A DNA stretch of 64,000 nt from Pirellulales bacterium (GCA_040901675.1 JBBDYJ010000011.1:1-64000), one strand, 5' to 3'; counted from the stretch's first letter, positions 1-11,170 are shown. A program made the numbers and translations. Notes: generated from the letters alone by a model not told the origin.

Positions 1-1390
1 CCGGGTGCTCGGGCGGCAACTGCCGCAGCTTGTACTCCGGCTCGGGAAACATCCGCTCGATGACGGCCTTAAAGCCCGTGTCAAACTCTTCGCCGCCGCA
101 GCAGCTCTCGGCGAAGATGAAGCCGCCACGGTTGACGTACTCCCGCAGGTGACGGACTTCCTCGTCGCTGAACTGGGGCCCCAGGTTGCCGCTGATGAAC
201 AGCACCGGCGCTTCGATCAGGTCGTCCGTTTTGGCGACCTCCGAGTCGATCACCTGCCAGGTCAGCTCGCGCTCCCAGCGCGTTTCGATGTAGCTGGTCA
301 GGTTGGCCAGGTCGCCGCGATGGTGGTTCCAGTCGCCGGCCGGTTCATGCTTGACCTTGGCGGCCAGCACCGGCCGCCGCCCCTTGGACAGGAACAACAG
401 CGACAGGGCGGTCGCCACGCGGGTGTCGTCCTCGGCATGCCCCGTGCCTTTCCAGAACCCCGACAGCTCGTCCTGGCTTTTCACCAGCAGGGCGGCCCCC
501 TCGCGATACCAATCGTGGCGGCCGATGAACCGCTGGTTGGTCAGCCGGCCCACCCGCTCGACCCCGTACAGGTAGTACAAGAGCCATTGCTGGACGCCCT
601 GCATGCCCGGGTTGCTGTGGACGGTGAAGGCCCGCGCCATCCAGGCCTGCGCGCGGTCGACGGCCGTGTTGTCCTCTTGCTCGCCGCAGCAGACGACGCG
701 TCCCTGCTCGACGCGGGCGTCCCCCTCGTTCAGCTTGTCGGCCGCAATGATCAAGGCGGCGATGCCCGCGCAGGTCATGCTGCCGGTGCCGGAGTTGCCA
801 GGCTTATAGCCCCACGAGCCGTCGTCGTTCTGCGTCCGCTGCCAGTAGTCGAGCGCCATCTGCCAGGTCTGGTTGTTCACCGGCACGCCGATCCGCTGCG
901 CTTCGTGCAGTGCCAGCAGGGCGAACTGCGTATTCGAATTGTCGCCGCCCGCCTGCGGATAGCCCCAGGCGCCCTTGAGGGGGCCGGCGCGGTTCTGGTG
1001 CTGCTCGAACCAGAGCACGTTGCGGCGGACCAGCGCCTGGCTGGTCTTGGGCTCGGCGGCGCAGAACACCATGGTCTGCAGGGCCACGCCGTAGGTCATG
1101 CTCAACTGCTGCTTGCGCAGGTAGTTCAAGGCGCTCTGCACTTGCGGATCGTCGGGAGGCACGCCGCTGTTCAACAGCGCCAGCGTACACAGCGACGTGA
1201 TGCCGGACGGCACGCCCGGGTGCTCCGGCCACGAGCCGTCCACCCGCTGCTCGCGCCGCAGGTAGGTCACGCCCCGCTCGATGGCCACGCGGACCTGCTC
1301 GGCCTCCACCTGGCCATCCGCCCGCTGCGGCTCCGCCAGCCAGGCCAGTGCGAGAAGCAGCAACGGCAACGCTTGAGCACGCAAGTGCAT
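1..1390 (-). CDS. DUF4159-type secreted protein with prenyltransferase/squalene-oxidase-like repeats (3' end beyond window)
   Basis: ATG at 1390 after GGAGAGG. Translation by hand: MHLRAQALPLLLLALAW...VRVAIERGVTYLRREQRVDGSW...GITSLCTLALLNSGV...DNSNTQFALLALHEA. Absent from the ORF track, consistent with the frame running off the window edge. Confidence 0.8.
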   Translation of the reverse strand, partial: MHLRAQALPLLLLALAWLAEPQRADGQVEAEQVRVAIERGVTYLRREQRVDGSWPEHPGVPSGITSLCTLALLNSGVPPDDPQVQSALNYLRKQQLSMTYGVALQTMVFCAAEPKTSQALVRRNVLWFEQHQNRAGPLKGAWGYPQAGGDNSNTQFALLALHEAQRIGVPVNNQTWQMALDYWQRTQNDDGSWGYKPGNSGTGSMTCAGIAALIIAADKLNEGDARVEQGRVVCCGEQEDNTAVDRAQAWMARAFTVHSNPGMQGVQQWLLYYLYGVERVGRLTNQRFIGRHDWYREGAALLVKSQDELSGFWKGTGHAEDDTRVATALSLLFLSKGRRPVLAAKVKHEPAGDWNHHRGDLANLTSYIETRWERELTWQVIDSEVAKTDDLIEAPVLFISGNLGPQFSDEEVRHLREYVNRGGFIFAESCCGGEEFDTGFKAVIERMFPEPEYKLRQLPPEHP

Positions 1391-1573
1391 GATGGCCTCT
1401 CCAAGCCGGCTTTCCGTCGCGTAGATTTCGATCGCCTGCCTGCCCAGCAACTCATCGTATTGCCAAGCCTCGCAATGGGCAAATCCGCGCCAAGGGCCGG
1501 CTTAAGCGTAGCACGCCGAATGCATTTCTCAGTCCGCAGCGCAGACGAGGAAACGCATTCGCCAGCGGTTCGA

Positions 1574-1703
1574 CCTGAATTCTGGCGAATTCAGCTACGC
1601 CTGACCGTGGCACCCGGGGAAGCTTCGGGTGCCGTGCCAAGGGGCGGCCTGAATTCTGGCGAATTCAGCTACGCCTGACTTTCGGCGAATGCAGTTGCGC
1701 CTG
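1574..1703. repeat. REP-like palindromic repeat: two 32-bp direct copies plus a degenerate third
   Basis: CCTGAATTCTGGCGAATTCAGCTACGCCTGAC at 1574-1605 and 1648-1679, decayed copy about 1680-1703. A related copy lies at 55416. Confidence 0.85.
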
Positions 1704-1896
1704 GCGCTGCCGCGCGGCCGTCCGTGCAAGCGCTTCGCTCGCCGGGGTTTACGCCGGCCGGGCCGGTGCCGGCGGCGGCCGCGGCTCGTTGCTGGCCGCC
1801 GCTGTGTCCTATAGAATCAGTAGACCGCGCATGCGGCTTTTCACGGGGCGAGGGGCTGGATCTCGCGCCGGCCACCCACCAGACCAAGGAACGGCA

Positions 1897-2922
<1,026 letters not shown>

Positions 2923-3083
2923 GCAGGCGCGCGGGGCTTGCTCGGCAGGCGGCCGTTCGGCCGGCCAGCGCGCCGCGTATAATAGGGACGAGAAGACAGG
3001 CGCTCGCACGCCGGCCGCTACACCGGGCAAGCCGACCGCTCGCGCCGCGGCAGGCGGCCGCGCCCACCGCTGGATCTTGAGCC

Positions 3084-3980
3084 ATGGCCACTGCGGAAAA
3101 ATACCTCAAGCCGGAAGTGATCCGCCAGATAGGCAGGCTCGACCTCCGCGCGCAGTTCATCGTCAAGGGCTTCCTGCAAGGGCTGCACGCCAGCCCCTAC
3201 CATGGTTTCTCCGTCGAGTTCAGCGAGCATCGCAAGTACACCCCCGGCGACAACCCGCAGGACATCGACTGGCTGGTCTACGCCAAGACCGACAAGTACT
3301 ACATCAAGAAGTTCGAGGCCGAAACCAACATCACCGGCTACCTGGTCATGGACCTCAGCCGCTCGATGGGCTACACCTACCGCCAGGAGCTGACCAAGTT
3401 CGATTACTCAATCTGCCTGGCGGCCGCCTTGTGCTACCTGATGATCCACCAGCAGGACCCGGTGGGGCTGATCACCTTCGACGAAAAGATCAAGAGCAGC
3501 CTGCCGCCCCGTTCGAAGCGGGCCCAACTGGGCAACGTGCTCTCGCTGTTGAGCAAGCTCAAGCCGGCCGGCGAGACCGCCATCGCCAAGAGCCTGGTGC
3601 AGATTGCCGCCATGCTGCGGCACCGCAGCCTGCTGATGCTGTTTTCGGACCTGCTGGCCGACCCCGAGCCGATCATCAAGGCCCTGCGGCGGCTGCGGCA
3701 CGGCGGGCACGACGTGATCCTGTTTCATATCCTGGACGAGGCCGAAGTCAGCTTTCCTTTCGACGGCGTGGTCGAGTTCGAGGAGCCCGAAACCCACGCC
3801 AAAGTGCAGGTCGATGCCGGCGGCTTCCGCGCCGATTACCTGGCCGAAATGGACTCCTTCCGCGACACGTATCGGCGGGAATGCTTTCAAAGCGGCATCG
3901 ACTACGTCGCGCTCGATACCAGCATGCAGTTCGACAAGGCCTTGCTGGAGTACCTGGTCAACCGGCAGGCGAGGTACTAG
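3084..3980 (+). CDS. DUF58 domain protein (MoxR partner)
   Basis: GLHASPYHGFSVEFSEHRKYTPGD..DIDW motif; directly follows moxR. Confidence 0.93.
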   Translation: MATAEKYLKPEVIRQIGRLDLRAQFIVKGFLQGLHASPYHGFSVEFSEHRKYTPGDNPQDIDWLVYAKTDKYYIKKFEAETNITGYLVMDLSRSMGYTYRQELTKFDYSICLAAALCYLMIHQQDPVGLITFDEKIKSSLPPRSKRAQLGNVLSLLSKLKPAGETAIAKSLVQIAAMLRHRSLLMLFSDLLADPEPIIKALRRLRHGGHDVILFHILDEAEVSFPFDGVVEFEEPETHAKVQVDAGGFRADYLAEMDSFRDTYRRECFQSGIDYVALDTSMQFDKALLEYLVNRQARY

Positions 3981-3983
3981 GCC

Positions 3984-6137
3984 ATGGACTTCGTCAATCC
4001 CGCCCTGCTGGCCGGCGCCGCGGCCGCGGCGGCTCCGATCATTTTGCACCTGGTGATGCGGCAGCAGCCGCGGCACCTCGAGTTCCCCGCGCTGCGATTC
4101 ATCCAGGTGCGGCAGGATGCCAACCGCCGGCGGCTCAAGCTGCGGCACATCTTGTTGCTCCTGCTCCGTTGCGCCGCGGTCTGCCTGCTGGCCGCCGCAC
4201 TGGCCCGGCCCAGCGTCAAGGCCTCGGGCGTGATCGGCGACCAGGAAGCGCCCGTCGCCGCCGCTCTTGTGTTCGACACCGCGCCCCGCATGGATTACCG
4301 CCATCAAAACCAGACGCGGCTCGAGGTGGCTCGTGACATCGGGCTCTGGCTGGCCGGGCAACTTCCCCCCGACAGCCAGGTGGCCGTCATCGATTCGCGC
4401 CACGGCGAGGCCGCCTTCCAGGTCGACCTGGGGGCCGCCCACGACCGCATCAAGCGGCTGGAGACCGTCGCGGTGGCCCGGCCGCTGGTCGAGACGCTCG
4501 AGCAGTCGGCCGAGCAGTTGCGCAAGAGCGAGCTGGAGCGGAAGGAACTGTACGTCTTTACCGACCTGGCTCAGGCCGCCTGGAAAAGGCAAGGCACCAG
4601 CACCCTGGCCCAGCGGCTGGCGAAGCTCGACGAAATGGGAATCTACATCATCGACGTCGGCGTCGAAAAGCCCCAGAACTTCGCGCTGGGCGAGGTGCAC
4701 CTGTCGAGCGAGGTGCTGCCTCGCAGTCGGCCCTGGACGCTGGCCTGCGAAGTGATGGCAACGCAGCCGGGCGCGCGCGTGGTGCAGGCCTACCTGGTCG
4801 ACTCGGAGGGCAAGCCGCAAAAGAAGGGCGAGGACACGGTCGAGGCCGATCCGCAAACGCCTCGCCCGGTCGAGTTTGCCATTGGCGGCCTGGAGACGGG
4901 CACGCACCAGGGTTACCTGCGGCTGGTTGGATCGGATGGCCTGGCCGCCGACGACCGCCGTTGGTTCACCGTCGAGGTCAAGCCGCCGTGGCCGGTGCTG
5001 GTCGTTGCATCATCGCCTTCCGAAGCGCGTGCCGACTCGCTTACCCGGGCTTTGGCCCCGCCTGGCTTTCGCAGGACCGGCCAGGCCCGCTGGGACTGCC
5101 AGGTCGTTTCGCCGCAGCAGCTCGGCCAGCAGCCGCTCGAATCGTTTCCCGCCGTGGCCCTGGTCGATCCTCCACCGCTGTCGGAAGAGATGTGGAGCAA
5201 GCTGCACGTTTACGTCCAGGACGGCGGCAGCCTGGCCATCTTTCTTGGCCCCAGCGCCCAACCGCCTTACAACGGAGTTGGCGGACAAGAGCTGCTGGCC
5301 GGCGCCTTGGGCATCCAGGCTCGCTTTCCCGACGGCAACCTGCACGTCGTGACCGGCAACGAGCAGCATCCGATGCTGGCACGCTTCCGCCCGTTGCGAG
5401 GGTCCGTCCCCTGGGATGCCTTCCCCGTCTATCGGCATTGGCAATTGGAGCCGGTCGAGCAGGCGGCCGCCGTGCTCAATTATTCGAACAACCGGCCGGC
5501 CGTCTTGGAGCGCGTGGTAGGCAAAGGCCGCGTGCTCACCATGACGACGCCCGTCGAGGCCAGGGACGTTTCCGACGACAACCGCTGGAACCGGCTGCCG
5601 GTCGGCTTCGAGCCCTGGCCGTTCGTGATGCTCATGGACCAGATGTTTCAGTACCTCGTGGGGAGCACCGACGGGCGGCTCAACTACGCCGCGGGCGAGA
5701 CGGCCGTCTTGCGGATCGCCTCCGCCCGGCAGTTCTCGACCTACCTGGTCACTACCCCCAGGGGCGATTCGTTCCGCCAGAGTGCCGACGCCTCCGAACA
5801 ATCGATCGTGATTACCGGCACGGAGCGGCCCGGCAACTATCGCGTCAGGGCTGGAGGAGCCAGCGGCGGGATCGACCGCGGTTTCAGCGTGAATATTCCG
5901 GTCGAAGCCAGCGACCTGACGCGGCTCGACGAGCAGCAGCTCAAGCAGATCTGGGGCGAAGCCGACTTCAGGCTGGCCCGCAGCCGCGAGCAGATCGACC
6001 GCGAGGTGAACACGGGCCGCGTGGGCCGCGAACTGTTTGGGTTGTTGATCGCGGTCGTGGCGCTGGTGCTGTCGGCCGAGCACGTGCTGTCGAACCGGTT
6101 CTATCGCGAGCGGGCCCAGCAGCCGGGCAGGCGGTAA
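3984..6137 (+). CDS. BatA N-terminal domain membrane protein
   Basis: MDFVNPALL..PIILHL..FPALRFI..LLLLLR..ALARP N-terminus; C-terminal TM helix. Confidence 0.88.
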   Translation: MDFVNPALLAGAAAAAAPIILHLVMRQQPRHLEFPALRFIQVRQDANRRRLKLRHILLLLLRCAAVCLLAAALARPSVKASGVIGDQEAPVAAALVFDTAPRMDYRHQNQTRLEVARDIGLWLAGQLPPDSQVAVIDSRHGEAAFQVDLGAAHDRIKRLETVAVARPLVETLEQSAEQLRKSELERKELYVFTDLAQAAWKRQGTSTLAQRLAKLDEMGIYIIDVGVEKPQNFALGEVHLSSEVLPRSRPWTLACEVMATQPGARVVQAYLVDSEGKPQKKGEDTVEADPQTPRPVEFAIGGLETGTHQGYLRLVGSDGLAADDRRWFTVEVKPPWPVLVVASSPSEARADSLTRALAPPGFRRTGQARWDCQVVSPQQLGQQPLESFPAVALVDPPPLSEEMWSKLHVYVQDGGSLAIFLGPSAQPPYNGVGGQELLAGALGIQARFPDGNLHVVTGNEQHPMLARFRPLRGSVPWDAFPVYRHWQLEPVEQAAAVLNYSNNRPAVLERVVGKGRVLTMTTPVEARDVSDDNRWNRLPVGFEPWPFVMLMDQMFQYLVGSTDGRLNYAAGETAVLRIASARQFSTYLVTTPRGDSFRQSADASEQSIVITGTERPGNYRVRAGGASGGIDRGFSVNIPVEASDLTRLDEQQLKQIWGEADFRLARSREQIDREVNTGRVGRELFGLLIAVVALVLSAEHVLSNRFYRERAQQPGRR

Positions 6138-6141
6138 GACG

Positions 6142-8412
6142 ATGCACCTTCTCGGCGAAGTCATGCGGCTGAAGACCGACCCCGTGGGGGGCTATGTCGT
6201 GGTCGTGGTCGCCGCCTTGGCGCTGCTGGCTCTGTTGCTGTTGGGGCCGTCGCGCGACCGCACCACGCCCTTTCGCCGCCGCGTGCTGGCGCTGGTGCGC
6301 CTGGCGGTGGTCGTGCTGTTGATCCTGGCCATGTTGCGGCCCACGCTGGTCTGGACCAGGACCACCAAGCAGGCGGCCACGCTGCTGGTTTTGCTCGACC
6401 GCTCGCGCAGCATGCTGGTGGTCGACGCCGTCGGGCGCAAGAGCCGCTGGGACGCGCTGCGATCGGCGCTAGAGGAGGCTTTGCCGGGAATGGCCAGGCT
6501 CGCCAAGGAGGTGGAGGTCAAGGTGTACGCCTTCGACTCCGAGCCGCATTCGCTGGACTTCTCCGAGGGCAAGCTCGATCCGGGCGGCCCGCCGGAGGGG
6601 ATGCAAACGGCGATCGGGGCCGTCCTGGACGACGTGCTCCAGCGCGAGGCGGGCAAGCGGCTGGCCGGCGTGGTGCTGCTGGGCGATGGCGCGCAGCGTG
6701 CCTATGCCCCGCGCGACATGCCGCCTCACGCGGCCGCCCGCCGCATGGCCGATCTGGGCGCCCGGCTTTACACCGTGCCGTTCGGCCAGGCCCGCGGCCC
6801 GGGCCAGGCCCGCGACATCGCCCTGGAAGAGCTGCTCACCAATGCCCCGGTGTTCGTCAAGAACCAGCTCGACGTGACCGGCACGGTCCGAGTCGAAGGA
6901 TTCGTCAACCAGGATCTCCCGGTGCAGTTGCTGGTCGAGGCGGCACCGGGAAAGATGGAAGCCGTCGGCACCAGGCGGCTGAAGGCCCTCGAGGACGGCC
7001 AGCGGCTGCCGGTCGATCTCGACTACGTGCCCCAGGTGCCGGGCGAGATCAAGGTCACGCTCAAGGCGGCCACCCGCCCCGGCGAGATGGTGACCACCAA
7101 CAACGAGATCAGCACGTTCGTCACGGTGCTCAAGGGCGGCTTGAACGTCCTGTACCTTAACGGCGCTCTGCAGCCGGAGCAGAAGTATCTGCGCTGGAGC
7201 TTGGACGCCTCCCGCGACATCAAAGTCGATTACTTCCGCATCGACGCGCAGCAGAAGGAAACCCGGCCGACCGACCTGATCGACCGCTTCAAGCCGGGCG
7301 CCTACGACGTCTACATCCTCGGCGACTTGGATTCGACGGCCTTCACCAAGGAAGAGCTGGCTGCACTGACGGCGGCAGTCGAGCGTGGGGCCGGCTTCAT
7401 CATGCTGGGAGGCATCCATAGCTTTGGCGCCGGCGGCTATGGCCGCACGCCGCTGGCCGACGTGTTGCCGATCGAGATCAACCGGCTGGAGCGGCAGAAC
7501 TTCGGCGAGCCGACCCGGCCAGACCTGCACCTGGCCGGCCGGCTGCGGATGTTGCCCACGCAGTTGGGCTCGACGCAAAGCCTGATGCTGCTGGCCGACC
7601 GGGCCGGCAACCAGGCCGCCTGGGAGAAGCTGCCGCCGCTGGAAGGCGGCGCCAACCGCTTCAGCGGAGTGAAGCCCGGCGCCAGCGTGCTGGCCGAAAG
7701 CCAGGCGGGCGACCCGTTGTTGGTGGCGGGCAACCACGGCAACGGGCGGGTCATCGCCCTGGCCGTCGACTCGACCTGGCATTGGTGGATGGACGGCTTC
7801 GAGTCGGCGCACCGCAGGTTCTGGCGGCAAGTGGTCTTGTGGCTGGCGCGGAAGGACGAGAGCACGGAAGGCAACGTCTGGATCAAGCTGGAGCAACGGC
7901 GGTTCGGCCCTGGCACGCGCGTGGAGTTCTCCGCGGGCGCCGAGACGGCCGAGGGCGAGCCGATCGCCGACGCCCTGTTCGAGGCGACCGTGACCTTGCC
8001 CGACGGCAAGACCGAGCCGATCCGGCTGCGGCGGCAAGGCGAGCAGATGGTCGGCTCGTTCGCGGGTACCCAGGCCTCCGGCGATTACACGCTGGCCGTC
8101 ACGGCCCGCCGCGCGGCGGAGTCGATCGGCGCCGCGCGGGCCCGCTTCCTGGTGTTCGACGAGGACCTGGAGTTGAGCAACCCGGCCGCCGATCGCGGGC
8201 TGTTGGAGAGCCTGGCGGCCATGACCGCCGGCAAGACCGTGGCGCCCGAGCAGTTGTCGTCGCTGTTCGAAGAGCTGCAGGAGCAAACCCGCGAGCTCGA
8301 AGTTCAAAGCGAGTCGAAGGACACCTTGTGGGACAACTGGCCCTTCATGGGCGTCTTCATGGGCCTGCTCATCCTGGAGTGGTTCCTCAGGAAGAAGTGG
8401 GGGTTGGTGTAA
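6142..8412 (+). CDS. vWA / class-I glutamine amidotransferase-like membrane protein of the MoxR operon
   Basis: MIDAS-like LLDRSRSM; GFIMLGGIHSFGAGGY..LADVLP; GNGRVIALAVDSTWHW; C-terminal EWFLRKKWGLV. Confidence 0.85.
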   Translation: MHLLGEVMRLKTDPVGGYVVVVVAALALLALLLLGPSRDRTTPFRRRVLALVRLAVVVLLILAMLRPTLVWTRTTKQAATLLVLLDRSRSMLVVDAVGRKSRWDALRSALEEALPGMARLAKEVEVKVYAFDSEPHSLDFSEGKLDPGGPPEGMQTAIGAVLDDVLQREAGKRLAGVVLLGDGAQRAYAPRDMPPHAAARRMADLGARLYTVPFGQARGPGQARDIALEELLTNAPVFVKNQLDVTGTVRVEGFVNQDLPVQLLVEAAPGKMEAVGTRRLKALEDGQRLPVDLDYVPQVPGEIKVTLKAATRPGEMVTTNNEISTFVTVLKGGLNVLYLNGALQPEQKYLRWSLDASRDIKVDYFRIDAQQKETRPTDLIDRFKPGAYDVYILGDLDSTAFTKEELAALTAAVERGAGFIMLGGIHSFGAGGYGRTPLADVLPIEINRLERQNFGEPTRPDLHLAGRLRMLPTQLGSTQSLMLLADRAGNQAAWEKLPPLEGGANRFSGVKPGASVLAESQAGDPLLVAGNHGNGRVIALAVDSTWHWWMDGFESAHRRFWRQVVLWLARKDESTEGNVWIKLEQRRFGPGTRVEFSAGAETAEGEPIADALFEATVTLPDGKTEPIRLRRQGEQMVGSFAGTQASGDYTLAVTARRAAESIGAARARFLVFDEDLELSNPAADRGLLESLAAMTAGKTVAPEQLSSLFEELQEQTRELEVQSESKDTLWDNWPFMGVFMGLLILEWFLRKKWGLV

Positions 8413-8470
8413 GAGCTCGTTCCCCACGCTACATGGCCAGGCGCCAGCGGAGGGAGAGAGGGTTACTTCG

Positions 8471-8707
8471 CTAATTAAGACCAGCGGTTTGAACAGGCCG
8501 CGCATGGGCGATTTCGCCGCGCCCCACGGGTCGGACCTGGTCTGTCGCCAGCGAGACTACGGCCACCGTCTGTCCGTCCAGCGTGACAAACTCGACCTCG
8601 TAGCCGGCCGTATCATGCACAAGCACAATCGTGCCCAAATCGCCGCGCGCAAGACCGTGGTCGGGAAGATCAACTGCAAGCACGACGGTATCGAGTTCTT
8701 TCAGCAT
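8471..8707 (-). CDS. DUF4926 domain protein
   Basis: MLKELDTVVLAVDLPDHGLARGDLGTIVLVH..YEVEFVTLDGQTVAV; TAATG overlap with the upstream gene. Confidence 0.88.
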   Translation of the reverse strand: MLKELDTVVLAVDLPDHGLARGDLGTIVLVHDTAGYEVEFVTLDGQTVAVVSLATDQVRPVGRGEIAHARPVQTAGLN

Positions 8708-9051
8708 TAAGCGTCCTTCTTCAGCGGGAAGGCGGTCACAAACCTTGGCTCGTCCCCACCGGTGTCGATAAACCAAACTGCGCGAATCGAAGGATTCCTG
8801 CCATCGGGTGATTCCATTATACCGTCGATGACGTAACGCACGCCAAACGGTGAATCTTCCGCTCGTACACCCTCGTGTTTTTCGGCGTGCGCCAGCAATG
8901 CCTCGGCCAATTCCAGCCAATTGTCCGCACTGAATCCGAAGCTCCTAAAGAAGGCCGCTTTGTGGTGGCCATGTGGGTGTGTATCGGACAGCAAGTAGTT
9001 AACGATCTTCTCCCGGGGCACCGTGGCGCGTTCAAAATTGGGCAGCTTCAT
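8707..9051 (-). CDS. DUF6883-like protein (possible nuclease toxin)
   Basis: MKLPNFERATVPREKIVNYLLSDTHPHGHHKAAFF..FGVRY..PDGR..VW..PRFVTAFP. Confidence 0.8.
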   Translation of the reverse strand: MKLPNFERATVPREKIVNYLLSDTHPHGHHKAAFFRSFGFSADNWLELAEALLAHAEKHEGVRAEDSPFGVRYVIDGIMESPDGRNPSIRAVWFIDTGGDEPRFVTAFPLKKDA

Positions 9052-9096
9052 TTGGCAACCATGGGCTTGGCAGGCGGACCGCGTCGCAGGTGGCTC

Positions 9097-9819
9097 CTAA
9101 TGATGGTAGTTCCAGTCGCTACGGGAGTATTTCTCGGCGGCCAGGCGGCGTGTCCGCTCCTCGGGCCAGTCGATGAGAACGCCTTCGGCGCACCAGCCGC
9201 CGATGACCGCGCGCGAGAGGGCGTCGCGGCCCAGGGGCAGGTTGGCGACGAAATCACGGTGCGAACGGCCGGCCCGATAGCCGGGCTGCCGCGGGGGCAT
9301 GGCCAGACAACGCTCGATCAGCTCGCATCGAAAGTCGTACAACAGCGTGCCGTGATAGAGCACATGGTCGCGCTTCACGCGGAGGCTGTTCCCCGAAAAC
9401 TTGCGCGCGTCGGCCAGCGCCAGGTCGCTGGTGCCTTGCCGCCTCACGCCGGGCACCAGCGGCCCAAGGCAATCCGCCAACCGCCCCAAGACATAGGCAT
9501 GGGCGGTTTCGATCGACCGCAGGGCCGGGCGGGATTGCAGGCTCAAGACCACCGCGTACATCAGCGACCCCGGACCCGTGATAATGGCCGCTCCGCCGCT
9601 GGCCCGGCGGAAAATCGGAATTCCGAGCTGTTGACACGCCGTCTCATGGACCTCGGCCGCGACCCGCGACGAACGGCCCAACACGACCATCGGGGCGGAC
9701 GGCTCCCACAATCGCAATACCTCGGCGGCGCCGCCGGCGGCCTCGGCCTGGTCCAGCAACGCCTCGTCGAGCGCCAGGTTCTCTTCCGCGGTCGGCAAGG
9801 TGAGTTCCAGTCGCAACAT
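9097..9819 (-). CDS. Lipoate-protein ligase family protein
   Basis: ENLALDEALL, LRLWE, RRASGGAA, KFSGNS, LYHGTLL. Confidence 0.92.
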   Translation of the reverse strand: MLRLELTLPTAEENLALDEALLDQAEAAGGAAEVLRLWEPSAPMVVLGRSSRVAAEVHETACQQLGIPIFRRASGGAAIITGPGSLMYAVVLSLQSRPALRSIETAHAYVLGRLADCLGPLVPGVRRQGTSDLALADARKFSGNSLRVKRDHVLYHGTLLYDFRCELIERCLAMPPRQPGYRAGRSHRDFVANLPLGRDALSRAVIGGWCAEGVLIDWPEERTRRLAAEKYSRSDWNYHH

Positions 9820-9830
9820 GCAAGAGGGTC

Positions 9831-10004
9831 GCGCGTCGGGGTGATAAGCGCCTCTCGCTGGCGCGTGGGGTGAATGCGCCTCTCGCTGGCGCGTCGGGTT
9901 AGTATGCCTCTCGCTGGCGCGTCGGGTTAGTGTGCCACTCGCTGGCGCCCCTCGACGGGCTCGGGGCGGGTCGAGCCCGCCGAAACCCGCGTCGGGTTGG
10001 TATG
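9831..10004. repeat. Tandem 28-bp REP-like units; last unit carries a ~40-bp insertion
   Basis: GCCTCTCGCTGGCGCGTCGGGTTAGTAT-like units at 9850, 9878, 9906 and 9934; insertion about 9948-9987. Confidence 0.9.
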
Positions 10005-10136
10005 CCGGCGGCCGCTTGACTCGATCTTCGGCCTTCCTACACTTTGGTTAGCCTGGCGCGCCACGACCGTCGACCGACGCTCCAGGCTGGGCCGTCGAAA
10101 GCGGCCGTCACCGCAGGAACCCTTCACGAGCCGCCC

Positions 10137-11129
10137 ATGTCGTCTCCCGCCGACCCTCGAAACACCTTCCCGCCCGAGGGGCGGTTGCCCCCGGTCGAGC
10201 CGCCCAGCGCCGGCTTCATCGTGCAGTTGTTCGTCATCCCGGCACTGATCGTGATCATCATGTTCATGCTGGGCGCGGGGATCAAGTGGCTGGTCGATCG
10301 CGGCAGCGACCCGGCGGCCTACGTGGAGGCCATCGAGCGTGACAATGCCGCCCGCTGGCAGGCCGCCCACGACCTGGCCGACATGCTGCGTAAAAGCCAG
10401 AACGAGCCGATGAAGCGCGATCCCCGCCTGGCAAGCCAGTTGGGCGACATCCTCAGGCGGCAGATCGACAGCGGCCGGATGGATGAGGAGTCGCTCAAGC
10501 TGCGGATCTATCTGTGCCATGCACTGGGCGAGTTCACGGTGCCCGAAGTCGTCGATCCGTTGCTGCTGGCGGCCCGCACCCAGCGGGCCCAAGAGGAAAA
10601 CGTGGTGCGGTTCTCGGCGCTCAAGGCGCTGGCGGTCTTCCTGTCCGGCCGTACCGAGGCGTTGGCCGAACGGCCCCAGATCGAGGAGCTGCTGCTGAAG
10701 TCGTCGCGCGATGAGCAGCCCTTGATCCGTTCGACGGCCGCCTTTGCGCTGGGCGCGCTGGGCACCACCCAGGCCACGGCCCGGCTGCGGCAAATGCTCG
10801 GCGACGGTTATCCCGACGTGCGATTCAACGCCGCCACCACGCTGGCCAGGCACGGCGACGCACGTGCGGTGGACGTGCTGGCCGAGATGCTCGAACCCGG
10901 CCAGGCCGAGGCGATTGAATACGAGCAGGAAGCCGGCGCGCGTGAATCGAAGCGCGATCTGATCCTGGTGAACGCGTTGCGGGCCAGCCGCGAGCTGGCC
11001 GACAAAAGCCCGGATGCCGATCTGGACGAGCTGCGGCGGGCCGCCACCACGTTGAGCCGTTCCGATTTGCCCGCGGGCATCCGCGTGCTGGCCGACGAGC
11101 TGCTGATCGAACTCAAGAACCGAGGCTAG
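10137..11129 (+). CDS. HEAT-repeat protein with N-terminal TM helix
   Basis: LPPVEPPSAGFIVQLFVIPALIV; repeats such as IRSTAAFALG and VRFNAATTLA. Confidence 0.85.
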   Translation: MSSPADPRNTFPPEGRLPPVEPPSAGFIVQLFVIPALIVIIMFMLGAGIKWLVDRGSDPAAYVEAIERDNAARWQAAHDLADMLRKSQNEPMKRDPRLASQLGDILRRQIDSGRMDEESLKLRIYLCHALGEFTVPEVVDPLLLAARTQRAQEENVVRFSALKALAVFLSGRTEALAERPQIEELLLKSSRDEQPLIRSTAAFALGALGTTQATARLRQMLGDGYPDVRFNAATTLARHGDARAVDVLAEMLEPGQAEAIEYEQEAGARESKRDLILVNALRASRELADKSPDADLDELRRAATTLSRSDLPAGIRVLADELLIELKNRG

Positions 11130-11170
11130 CGGGAGCGAGGCTAGCGGGGCGCGTCATCAAGGAGCCGAAC

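Noticed and set aside
5..1678. 557-aa plus-strand ORF and the many other long antisense or alternate-frame ORFs (e.g. 6469-8505, 25417-27099, 52607-54496)
   Set aside because: Shadows of real genes in high-GC DNA; no recognisable motifs.
1574..1703. CRISPR mini-array (32-bp repeats, 42-bp spacer)
   Set aside because: Only two good copies, the spacer is itself a palindrome, a related copy is dispersed at 55416, and no cas genes are present.
9850..9947. CRISPR array from 28-bp units
   Set aside because: Units are head-to-tail with no unique spacers.
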